Shown here in pieces: positions 1 to 12,316 of a DNA stretch of 64,000 nucleotides. Positions within the stretch are counted from its first letter, which is position 1, and each line of letters starts with the position of its first letter. The stretch is taken from positions 9,858,001 through 9,922,000 of the forward strand of contig CM106586.1 in NCBI GenBank assembly GCA_048013815.1, written 5' to 3'. The notes under the pieces are model-generated. The model was not told where the DNA came from, ran no database searches, and saw only the letters and a program-made list of their open reading frames with translations. The DNA is from Setoptus koraiensis (taxonomy: Eukaryota; Animalia; Arthropoda). The position numbers were made by a program, and so were the translations under genes.

Positions 1-213
1 CAACAGCGACAACGACAGCAACAGCGCCGAGCCGCACAACTGACCAGTATGGGCCGCTCGTTCTTTTGTAGTTGCCGATTTAACAGTGACCGCAATGACG
101 GCGCGCCGAGGCCGCGCTTGCGCCGCCAGGTGAGGGCAGCCAATTTATGGTGGCCGTTATTGCGCGCTGTCCGGCGACGGTGTCCGTCCGTCACAACGAA
201 CGGCGGCGAGCGT

Positions 214-366
214 ACAACAGCAACATCAACAACAGCAACAACAACAGCAACAGCAGCAACAACGACAACAACAACAGCAGCAACAACAACAGCAACAACA
301 ACAACGACCACAGCAACAGCAACAACAGCAGCAGCAACAACAGCAGCAGCGGCAGCAACAACGACG
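214..366. repeat. Degenerate (CAA/CAG/CGA)n microsatellite
   Basis: About 50 triplets; generates the poly-T/N/Q/C/V/L ORFs at 49-750. Confidence 0.95.
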
Positions 367-3300
367 CCGCAAAAGAAGCCGCAAAGCAAATAGATAATAA
401 ACTGTGATGCGATTTGCATTACGACGGTCGCCGGCCAGCGACCGAGCCCGGCCCGAGCGGCCGCGCCAACCTGTTGTAGTGCTGTGTGCATTGTCGGCCA
501 TTGATTTACAGCCGCTGTTAAAAGCTGTTTGCCCACGAGAGTCGCACCTGAGCACAACATTCCGCGCCAGCAACCACAACAACGACAACAACCTCCACAA
601 CGACAACCACAGCAGCCACCACGACGACAACGACAACACTGACCGACGCTGTTGTCGCCGAGCGACATTCCGGCGAGTCGCTGTCTGCGAACGCCCTATA
701 ACGAACGACCGTCGCTGCCCATGATGTAACCGCATGCGTACATGTGACACACAACAACGCCACTGAGATCCCTATATGCGTTTGTGGCGCAACGCGCCAG
801 CTATTGCGTAACACCAGTGCGCCCTCTGCCTGCTCGGCGCCGCAAACAAAGTCTTGATTTCGACTCCCATCCCGTCGCATCGGCTCGCATTATGTCGTTT
901 GGCCTGGCGTAGGCGCCCCGATATCTCGCCAGAGGAGGCCAATCGAGTGAATTGGCGTCCAAAGTGACCATTCTCTCAGTGGCTCTTCGGCCCATTTCCG
1001 CTCCTCGAAACGGTCGCCCTTCAAACGGCTCAATCCGATTGAGTCAATGGAGCCATTCGAACGACGCAAACAGTGAGCGGCCAACAAAACAAGCAACGCG
1101 CATACCCGGCCAACCAGCCACAAACTGAGCGACATTCCTCTTTGCGCACCGAGGCAAGCTAATTTGAATTTGTTAATTTGAGTCGAATTAACAAATTATT
1201 TGACTCAAATTATTTGAGGTGCGCGCAACGCACATTCCGCGCTTGAGACTCTCAAGTTGAGAGCGGCCGTGCGACGAATTGTCGTGCCAACAATGGCCAC
1301 CGACCCCATAAATTATGCGAGACAACACTGTGCACTAACTCTCAAATTGAGAGTCTCAATTCGATTAGTGGCGGCTAATTTGGCGCAATTAATTGTGGCG
1401 TAATCGTTCAATCGACCAGTCGATTGTCGGTCCGCCTATGGCGCTCACCGGCGACAAATCGGTCGGCGGGCATTCGGGCAGCGGGCGGCGGGCCGGCCGC
1501 GAACGAAAATTGTCGCCACAATGCAGTCGCCACAATGCGGTCACCACAATGCAATCATCGCGAAGCCGCCGGCGACCGCGCGAGGCCGTGAGCACGGATT
1601 GCCGCGCCTTGATCGCCGGGCTGGCATCGCGCATTTCCGGATAGGCCGGGCCGGGCCGAGCGCAGCATTGCGCGGGTACGAATAATTTGTCAAATCAAGT
1701 TGGGGGTGTGGCTGGCGCGGCGGGACATTCGGGACTGTTGAGACGGCCGGACAGTCGGGACTTTCGGGACTTCCTGGGCCGGACCCTCGGGAGTGTTCGG
1801 ACGGTCGGGAGCGTTCGGACGGTCGGGAGCGTTCGGACGGGCGGAGCGTGTTGAATGGCGGGCGCGGCGCGGTTTTATGGCCCTGCGTTGGTTACAACAC
1901 ACGTCATATAGGCATATTAAATTGAAATAATTTGCGTCGCCGGCAAATGTGTTAAAGTTCATGTTTGGTCTCGATGTGCGTCGCTCGGCCGGTCGGTGAT
2001 GGCGCTGATGCAAGCGCTTACATAAGATGAGACACGAGATAATGTTGCGACATGCGGCCGTCGCAACATTATCTCGTCAGTGTGGCGAGCACAGGTGAGC
2101 GTGGCCCGGCGAGGAGCTCTGTTGCGCTTGTTGGGCTTGTTGTTTGGTGGCGCTAAAGTGGCCGCTCGCAAATGGACAGTGGCGTCGTTGAGCGAGAAAT
2201 GGACTGGACAAATAACGACGAGCACGGCAGCGAAATAATAAAAAGTAGAGTGCCATCGCTCGGGCCACACACTGCCCGCAACACACTCGTCCGCCACACA
2301 CTCGTCCGCAATCAGCTCACCTGTGCGAACTCACCTGTTCGAACTCACCTGTTTCAGGCTGCGCCAGAGTGGCCTGTGCCGGGCGCAGAGTCGGCGCTGG
2401 CACGCACTGGCTTCGCGCGACCGCCAGCGAGCTGAATGGAAATAAAACGTTTGCTGGCTCGAAAGCTGGAGCGTCCGGCGAGAGCCGAACGGAGCCGAAT
2501 CTCGACGAGATCCGGCGCAGCCGCGGCGGCCAAATCTCAGCCAAGTCCAGATCGCAGCCAAGTCCAGATCGCAGCCGAGTGCAAATGGATCTCGCCTTGC
2601 GCGCTGTCGCCCGCTGACGCTGTCGCCCGGTCTGGTCGGCGTGCCCTCACACCGTGTGACAGGCAAGCCCTCAAGCGTCGCTTATCTCGACGAGCGAGCG
2701 ACATGCAAACATGAGCGAGCATCCGCACCGCGCCGCACCGCGCCGCACCGATCCGCGCCGCGATCACCGCGATCGATATCTCGACGCAATCTACACGACA
2801 GGTGAATATCGTCTCCATATGTCAGCCACGGTGTGTGTGTGGTCCCCGCACGCTGTAGTGTGTTGAGCTGTCGCTCGGGTCGAGCGACACCTGCAACTGG
2901 CCATCGGACACTTGCGCACTTTGCGCTCGCGTCGGAACAATACCGTCCATTGGGTCCATCAATGATACATGCAATGTATAGCATCATGCCATTACGTAAC
3001 ATGATGATGCGCAATGTGACATGATGCGCAGTGTGCCTTTATAGGTTGTCACTTCCTGTTGTCGAGCGGCTGTTTGTCGTGTCACAAGTGTCGCAGTTTG
3101 TCGCTGTTTGTCTCTGCGCTCGCAATTGCTGATTGCGGCCGCTGACAAGGGTCGGTCGTCACGGCAACCAGCTCGCACTTACAATAAATTTGTTGCTCGC
3201 CACTTCGCTTGCGTCATACGAGTTGCGTGATACGAGTTGCGTGATACGAGTTGTATCGCACAATTTGTATCACACAATTTGTTGTGTGATTTTGTTGTGT

Positions 3301-6300
3301 CACTCGGCGAGCCAGCCAGCCGACGAGCTACTACCAACAACTTGTAAGAGCCGAGAGCTGCGTGCGTTGCGAGTCGCGACTCAAACTCGCGACTCAAGCT
3401 CGCCACTGACACGAATGAGACAAGTGCCACAAACGATCAGTCTCACCGGATGAGCCGACAAGAGAGCAGCCTGATTAAGCGATTGTTTGCGTTGCGCAAC
3501 GGAGTGTCACAGCGAGCGCTTATGTGGAGCAAAGGAGCAAACGAGAGCGCGATAGCGCGATAGGCGAGCAAAGGAGCCGCCAACAACGAGCGAATGAGCG
3601 TTGCTGTTGTTCAATTTGAGTGCTGTTGTTGTTGTTGCTGCTGCTGTTGTTGCTGTTGCTGTTCAACAGTGGTGGCACCCAACAAGCACAACAAGTGTCT
3701 GAGCACTCGTTAAACTCAACAAGCTCAAACAACAACAACGACAAGTGCTGCTCGACACAGCCAACGACGAGCACTTGTCGCTGGCTTTGTCGAGCTCGTT
3801 TGCTCGTTTAGCCGGCCGCCTACAACCGTCAGTTTGTTCAGATTGCTCCGATTGCTCCGATTGCTCCGATTGTTCAGATTGTTCAGGTTGTTGGCTGCGC
3901 TCGCTGCTCTGTTTGTGGGCTTCACTTGCTGTTGTTGGTGTTTGTGGGCTTCGCTTGTTGGCCGGCTCGCTCGCCGCCACTGGCAAGCGACTGCCGGCGA
4001 CCGACTTGGAGCGAATCAGAGCGACCGACTTGGAGTGGCTGCCAATGCACCGACGATATTCCGGCAATATTGAGACAATATTGAGACAACATCGTCAGAC
4101 AATATCGTCAGACAACATCGTCAGACAATATCGTCAGACAATAGTGCCACCATAGGCTGACAATGTGCCACTGATAATTTGCAATTCACCAAACTGACAA
4201 TGTGAGAGATAATTAGATCGCAATTGCAATCAATTAGATGAAAGGCAAAGCGCCGACCCATCGCGATAATCCTATTGCTCCGACAAGCATCGGCAAGCTC
4301 GCATTGGCAAGCTCGCGCCGACAAGCTCGCATATGAGTGTCGCTGTTGCTGGCTCTATCGCGCAATTGTTGTCGGTAGCAATTATCGCCATCAATTATCA
4401 TTATCTGTTGTGTCTATTGTATTGCATAACTGTGCCGCTGCCGCCTATCCACACACTGGCTCATGCATCGGCTCTTGTATTGGCTCTTGTATTCTCGCAT
4501 GTATCAGTGTGTAAAGAGAGAGCTTAATTAGCAGCCGCTTGGGTGTCTAATTAATGGTTGTAGCGCCCTCAAGTGTTGCTGTTGTTGACGTTTGCGTGGC
4601 ATCGCCTGTTGGCATTGTTTGGGTGTGCGAGTCGGTCGGCAAGTGTGATATTTGTATGATATAATAATAGATATTTTAATCTGACACACTGTGCCTTGCA
4701 GCCTGTGAGTCACAGCGACTGTATAACAGCCACTTTGGTATCACGATGCCACACCAAACAACGCAAAAACGATGCTACAAGCCAGCTCTGGCAAAATTCA
4801 CGCATCGCACGCCTCAATATGGCACGCAGTGCAACGATAAAAACACCGTATACGGTAATATTTATATATTTATATTTATATGGTTGCATGTATATTTATG
4901 CATGTTATATTGTATTATAGATATTATATTATATATATATATTGTGTTTGTGCGTTCATGTACGCGCATGATAAATGCCAATTATAACACAAGAGCAGAT
5001 AAAGTGGATCAGCGACAATTTTAACGCCTTGCCATTGACGATTGTCTCGCCAACACGACACACAATCTAATTGAATCTAATGACAATCGATCAGTGGCGA
5101 TAATCGTAATCGCCGCTTATCGACCAGACAATCAGCTTAAACGTCTTACAATTGCAACCAATTGTCAGCTCGGCAGCTCGGTGGCTTGTTATTGGGCTCA
5201 TTATTACTTATTATTGCTGCTGCTGCTGCCTCTGTATTTCTTACACAAATCTGTATTTGTATCTGTGTTTGTATGTGCATTTGTGTTGGTATTTGCATTG
5301 TAATGCCACCATTGTTGTTGGCATACATGTGTGTGATATATGGCCATTGATTGATCGATCGATCGATTGGTTGATTGGCCTATTGAGTCGCTCGCAAGTT
5401 GTCAGTGGCTCAATGAGCCAACAAGCTCAATTGTCAATGGCGACTACTGTTGTGAAGTTGTCGCCAATGGGCCGCAATAAGTGGCGCAACAGCAGCGAGT
5501 GGCCGCCACACCAACAATCGCAAGCCCGCCAACAATCGCAAGCCCGCCAACAATTGCGAGCCCACCAACAACAACAACTGACAACAATCTCAATTGGCCA
5601 ATCCGCTTATTGTGTCGCATTATACACATTATAACTAGTTAATTAGTGTTATCGTTATTAATTGTTGGTCGCAATAATCACAACAAGTGAGAATTTTCCA
5701 CAATTAATCATCAATGAGAGCGCATTGTCATTGTTTGTTTGTTTGTTAGTGTTTGTTTGTTTGCTTGTGCGGCTCGTCGTCGTCCAATTGTTTTCCACTG
5801 ATTTGTTTATCCCTCCATCTGACCATCTGATTTGTCTGTGACTGCATGACGCAACATACATACGCCGCCGCACTGTGCAACAATGGGCCGCCCAATCATT
5901 GGCGAATCGTATCATCAATTAGATATGGTCCATAGTTGACAGTGACTACTTATGAGTGCTTGTGTGTGTGTGCCAGCAACAACTTGTTGCCAACAAGTGC
6001 AACGAGTTGCGCAACGAGCAACAGCCGGTTATGCAACTGGCGCCCCCATTGGCGCCCCTATTTGCATAAACGGGTATGTTTATGCAAATAGGCGCCGGAC
6101 AAATCTCGGATAATTGGGTACACGCATAAAAAATAGGCCGTGATAAAAAATAGCGAGAGCGTTCAATTGATGCGAGCGCCACTTGGCAAGTGGCACTCGC
6201 ATCCGATTCAGCGATTGGCCGATTGGCGAAATGCTAATTCAACAGGTGAGCATTGTGTGAGTCGGCAATTGACGCTGGCCGAGCGCAAATAGTTTGCATA

Positions 6301-8104
6301 GTTTGCGTTATTAATGTGCGTGAGACTTTCTCACCATTATCATTGTCACACATGCCAGCGATCGAGCCAAACCGATAATGGATGGATAATGGCTACATAT
6401 CTCCTGTGCGCCCGATACGCGCTCGATACGCGCTCGGTGCGCCCGAAAAGCGCTCCACACGCCCGAGATACGCCCGAGATGCGCGCAGGCATGGGTGCCA
6501 ATTGCGGCCCATGAGAAGCGCAACAATTTAATCTAATTAATGAGCCGAAATACCACACACGCAACAGGTAATCGACAGGTAGTTGGCGTGCCGTGGGTGC
6601 GCGGGGGGTCGTCGCGCAGCGCACACAAACAACGACGATGCGCCGGCTTGCGGAGCGGCCAGACACGACAGCGCCAGCCAGGCCCAAACAAAGCCAAAAC
6701 AGAGACGCCAACACGCGATTTGTTGCCCGACCGACGCCGTCCGCGGCCGGCCGCCGCTGACCGTCCGCCGCTCGTTTGGCGCTGACCGTCAGCTGCTCGT
6801 TTGGCGCTGACCAGCCGCTGACCGTCAGCTGAGCGGCCTCGGGCAGCGCATATCACACAATGGAATGCGACGCCGATACAACTCGCTCAATTAGCTGACG
6901 CTGCTCGCTTGTTAGCTCACCTGATACACACAAGCTGGCCCCGCGAGCAGCCGACATGGCGGCAGCGGCGGCAGCAGGTGAGCCCAAGAATGCAAACTGC
7001 CGCGCATTCCAAACTGGATTACGTCATCATCTTCTCAGGTCTCGGCTCTCTTATAGACGCTCGGTGCTGGCGCTGTTGTCGTTGTCGTTGTTGTTGTCGT
7101 TGTGCTGTTGTTGTTGTCGTGGTAATCATGTCATGAGGGGCAGTAATTTAGAGACTTAAGTGATTACTAAAAGCTCACTGCTCCAGCTAGCGTCAATTGA
7201 ACCATTACGGCCACTTACGTGTCCATGCGCTTGCCCATTTGTCCACTTGCCCAATTGCTCACTCGCCCGTTCGCTGCTCACTGACCGCTCACTCGAGCGG
7301 GCGGACTGACCGGCCGACGGGCAGACGGGCCGACCGGCGGCCAGACAGACTGACCGGCGGCCAAACAGCCACTGGCCGAGCTGGCAACAAATGACACTTG
7401 GTCCTATAAGTGACATCAATTTGCGCGCGCAAACACAAGTAAAAACTCGCAAGCGACGCAACCGACGCAACCGACAAGCGAGTTATTTCTGGCAGCTAGA
7501 TGGGGGCAACACACAAGCCCCATTCGGGCAACGTCGCCACTTGTTGCTGCTCGCGGGCTGACCATCGCACATCATGGGCTGCCTATGATAGTCGCCATGC
7601 AGCCTATGTAAATGGCTGCCCATGTAATGGCCGCAATTATCTCTCTGTCGGATTCTCTCCAACTGGCCCAGGGCGAGCGACACGGCGACACACAGAGGCC
7701 GTAACATGGCCACTTGTCGTTTGAACTTGTTATTTTTGCACACACACACAACCCCAAATATATTTATATTATATAATACATATAAATTATTTCAAATACA
7801 CAGCCACAGACCTATATATTGCATTAGGTGTGTGTGTTTATGAGTGCTCGGCGAAGAGCAGTCACAACAGCAACAACAACCATTTGTTGTCATGTAATCA
7901 TGGCTGCTTCTCGCATTGTGCGCCCGCCTCTGGCCGCGCTCACCTGTTGGCCCGTTCACCTGTCTCGGTCCTGTTTCTGGCTCCATCTTTCTTCTTTGCT
8001 TCTTCACCTGTCCGCCGCCTGGCCGCCGTGCCGTCTATCCGTCTGGCCGCTCGATGTGAGCGAGCTCGAGATTAGCTCACAGCTCTCAGCATGCTAAAGC
8101 CAGC

Positions 8105-8130
8105 GAGAGAGAGAGAGAGAGAGAGAGAGA
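8105..8130. repeat. (GA)13 microsatellite
   Basis: Perfect GA run about 2.9 kb upstream of the ATG. Confidence 0.95.
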
Positions 8131-9776
8131 ATCAATTTGTGAGTGTGATTCACAAACGCGCAACCATAAATTGAATCACTGACACTAGACTTGGCGTCTG
8201 TCTACTTGCACTTGCATTGGTGGCATGCAGACTGTGCTGTTGTTGTTGTTGCTGTTGTTGTTGTTACGTACATTATCCCATAATAGCTGTCTTATCGCTA
8301 AACAGGACAGGTGAACCGCAGCCAGGTCAGTCAGGTGTGTGTATAGGTCTAGTGAGCCGTAGTGTGTTGATCTGGCCGCCAGTCTCAGGTGAGATGACAT
8401 CTGATGCGATCAGTGTGAGTGTGAGTGTGTGAGTGTGTGTGTGTGTAACACCAATAATACAACCTTTATAAACTAATCAAAATCATCACCGACTGGCCAG
8501 GCCCAAATTCGCTGGCGAGCCATTGCGACACGACACTCCGATTGGCTAATGCACACACTGTGCTCTCGCAAGTCGAAGTAGCCAAACTATACATCAGGTT
8601 AAACAGCATAAACAGCACTACTCCTGCACAACTACCACCAATTAACGACAACAACTCTCTTTGCAGCTAATAGAAGCCCGAGAAGAAGCTTATCAAGATT
8701 GATTAATTTCACCTCTCGAGCTACCTGAACTAATTGCCAGGCTGGCTGTCGCGACGCAAGCTCCTCCCGATACAACGAGCGCCTGATACAACGAGCGCCC
8801 GAGAGGCTGGCAAGCTCACAAGCTCACAGGCAGGCTGACGAGCTCACGGGCGAGCTGGTAAATGAGTGAAAAAGTGACTGAGTGATGGCAGCAAAAGACT
8901 CACTTTAACAGCCTGATAAATAACAGGTGATATTCATAAATACGGCATTACGTAACAACAATATTGAGCTGTGATGACTCGCTGCTTGTCGCTCGATTGA
9001 CGGCTCATGTATTCGCGGTCTCTCCTCACCTAGATTTGCCGTCGCTGTCGCTGTTGGTGTCGCTGTCGAGGTTAGTGTTGCTGTGGTTGCTGTAGTTGCT
9101 GTTGCTGTCGCCGTGAGCCTATCGTGAAAGCGTTCTTCACGACATGAGACAAAGCGACAGTGATTCGCAGCGGCTCACATTTGTTGCGACAAGTGTTTTA
9201 TTGGTAACGACGACAACAGACACCGACGGCAACGAGCGCGGCCCGTGTGTGACAAACAAGGAAAAGCCAGCACCACTTGTTGAGTCAACACTGTTGATTG
9301 GAAAATTGAGACATACAGCCACAGAGAGAGAGAGACTGCATCTGGCAGACGGATGTTGCAACATGACAATTTGCAAATTGTTGGTGTTGTCGCTAAATGG
9401 CGCGATTTTGTTGCGTCTCGGCAAGCCGTAGATGTGCATTTTAGGATTTTAGGAGGGGCGCCACTGAATATGTTGGCCAGCATTCATTTGACAGTTGTTT
9501 TGTTCATCGCCAGCATAATTATTATTGTATTGTTGGATATTGTGCTGCGCCGATCCCTTTGCTGGCGATCGAGCTAGCGAGGCTCGAGGGATCTTATTGT
9601 AACTTATTATGGTCACCTGTGGGGGCCAAAACTTATGGTCACTTGTGGGGCCATAACTGACCATAAGTTGTGGATCGCGAGGGTGAGCCTTGTGGTGTGG
9701 AATAGGCTGATGCAACACACTCACTCACATTATATTGACGATAATAATGTACTACCTGTGCGAGTTGAGCTGCGCG

Positions 9777-9790
9777 CCACTAGATGGCGC
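9777..9790 (+). promoter_or_regulatory. CTCF consensus site
   Basis: CCACTAGATGGCGC, exact match to CCRCYAGRKGGCRC, 1.2 kb upstream of the ATG. Confidence 0.6.
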
Positions 9791-9888
9791 TGTGTGTCGA
9801 GCCGACACAATCTCGGCTAGATTGAGGTGGGCGTGAGTGGTATGAGAGCGAATATTATCCAGTATTATCAGCATAATACAATCAGCAG

Positions 9889-9916
9889 TATAAATATATA
9901 TATATATATATCAGTG
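9889..9916 (+). promoter_or_regulatory. Possible core promoter (TATAAATA + Inr-like TCAGT)
   Basis: TATAAATA at 9889-96 and TCAGTG at 9911-16, 100 bp from the CTCF site. The spacing is short and the motifs sit in a (TA)n run, so support is weak. Confidence 0.2.
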
Positions 9917-11023
9917 GATATTATGGCGTATTTTATAATGTTTATAATGTGTACTATAGCGTAATAGCGTATAGTAAATAGCAATGTGTACGCATAAACA
10001 TTGGGACAAGTGTGAGAATTGTGACAGTGTTGATAAGCGCCTAGGTCGGGTGTTTGTCCGCTTGGGGGCGCAGTGAGTGTTGCAACAAGCTGTCGGTGCT
10101 GGCTGGTGGGCAGGGGGGGGCCGGCGCGGGGGTCGCAAAAGTGCGTGAGTGTTAGTAGTGGTGTTAGTTGGCGCTGACAATGCTGTTAATTTGCGCAGCC
10201 ATTATTGCGCACACACACACCACATATAGTGGTGGTGGTGGCATGAAATGAGCGCATTGAGAGCGCATCGAAGGCGAACGCAGCGCATTGAAGGCACTGA
10301 AATAGCGCACTGAAGGCGAAAAAGCGCACTGAAGTCGAAAAAGTGCACTGATAGCACTGAAATAGCGCATATTGAAGCATATTCAGCGCAAGCAGCAGAA
10401 TAACGCAGCATTGAAGGCGAAATGTGTGCACGGTAGTTGTTGATGTTGATGATTTCGTCTTGTTGAGTGCTGTTTTGTTTTGCCTATGATGGTGATAATC
10501 GTCATCAACACACACACACACACAAACTAACTGCTTTAGCTGATTAGATGCGACTCGCAAACTCGCTAACTCGCTAACTTGAGCACACACACACAGCACA
10601 GAGAGCGCAGAGAGTGTCAATCGTCAGCTAATCATCGCATTGAATCTCATCGTTTGCGTCGCGCACACAACACTGCTACTATTTTGCTAGTTACTCGCGA
10701 GTCGCGACCATTGTGACAAGCAGCGCGCACACTGTGTGACTGGCAGTAGCATTTTGCACCGCACACCAACAACAACAACAACGACAACAACGACAGCAGC
10801 AGCCACCACTCGTTGACAGCAATCGGCCGACCATTGCGCCGACCAGCGTACCAGCCGCCACCAGTGGCCACCCAGACCGCCGAGCGACCAGCAACCCAAA
10901 CAAGAGCAGCAACCACAACCAAACAGCAACCAAGCGACAACCAAGCAACAACCAAGCGGCAACCAAGCAACAACCAAGCAACCACAACCAAGCAACCACA
11001 GCGACAACCAAGCAAGCGCCGAA

Positions 11024-11313
11024 ATGACGCACAACGCCAACAAGCCCACTACCGACTTCTCCATCGAAGCCATCATGAAGCGAAAATCGAGCCCAAACAC
11101 CAACCACAACAACAACACCAGCAACAGCACCAGCAACAGCACCAACAAGCAAACCTCAACCACCCAGGCCACCCAAAACCCCTGGGCCAAGCTGCTGCGG
11201 CCCAGGGCCAATTGTGAAAAATTTGAGCACGTCACATGTCAGCTTGACAATCACGTCATGTGGGACCAATTTCACGCATTGGGCACAGAGATGATAATCA
11301 CCAAATCGGGCAG
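11024..11313 (+). CDS. H15: Tbx20/H15/midline T-box TF, coding exon 1 (eh1 motif + start of T-box)
   Basis: MTHNANKPTTDFSIEAIM contains eh1 FSIEAIM (11057-11077), the TDFSIxAIM signature of H15/mid. It then reads NCEKFEHVTCQLDNHVMWDQFHALGTEMIITKSG and ends AG|GTAAGT at 11313/11314 (phase 2, the conserved GR|RMF T-box intron position). Confidence 0.93.
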
Positions 11314-12231
11314 GTAAGTGCTCCCATTCCTAATGGCATTCTGTTCCATACTGTTCAACATACCGCTCCATCCGTTGCGTGGCAAGCCGCGCCATTTCGC
11401 ATAAATATAACGTCATAACGCGCCAATTTGTGACGGCGACGCAGCTCGCCGAGCCAACACAAATCGGGCGCCTCATTCGGTCCGACCGACCACACGTGCA
11501 TACAAATGTGTCAAACAAATCGTATCGCCTGTCGTTGCTAGCTGGACAAGCGTCTCGCCAGCAATTGCAACTGTCGGGCAGCAGCGAGCTAAAATACACA
11601 AAACAACTGCGCTCCGGTAGCTCAGGTAGCGATTGTTTTGTGTATGATCGCTAGCCAATAGCCAATCGTGGGCGCGATCAGGCAAACAAACAATCAGTTT
11701 GCGGCCACTCGGTGACGCTTCGTGGTCATTTCCCAGTGACCGCTTGCGAGTGACCGATGGCGAGTGACCGCTTGCGAGTGACCGATGGCGAGTGACCGAT
11801 TGCGATTATTAGCGCTTATTACAAAACTCAGCCCGCTGCCCAATGTTACATGCCGGTTTGTTGCTGGCGCCCATCGGCGTCACTCGGCTCGCTGCGAAAT
11901 CAGGCCGATTGTGCGACGCTGATTTCAGTCAGTTGATTTATGTCACGTCGATGAGATGTGGCACGATTTAATATTGCCGTTCGCTGTTGTGTCACTCTAT
12001 ACGGGCCCCATTGGCGTCCAGCCCCAACAGCTGACGAGGCGAGAAGCCGACATGAGAGGCACAAGAGGCTGAAACAGCCGGTTTAAGGAGCCGGCATGAG
12101 GGGCTGAAGCGGCCGATACGAGATATAGAGATATAAGGAGATGCAAGAGGCTGGCGCGAAATTTATATAAAGTGGCTGACGCGAGGCCGATGGAAAATAT
12201 GAGATAAGATGGGCCCTTTGTTGCGGCCAGC

Positions 12232-12263
12232 GTCGCTGTTGTTGTTGTCGTTGTTGTTGTCGT

Positions 12264-12297
<34 letters not shown>

Positions 12298-12316
12298 GTT
12301 GTCGTTGTTGTTGTTG
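12232..12316. repeat. (GTT/GTC)n microsatellite, intron 1
   Basis: Direct reading. Confidence 0.95.

Noticed and set aside
10108-10132. G-run cluster as a promoter G-quadruplex
   Set aside because: Only three discrete runs, so one must be split; weak and isolated.
10820-11023. Open frame upstream of the H15 ATG with a possible acceptor at 10819
   Set aside because: Repeat-derived Q/P/T sequence with no upstream coding exon identified; the ATG at 11024 gives a typical short pre-eh1 N-terminus. Unresolved without cDNA.
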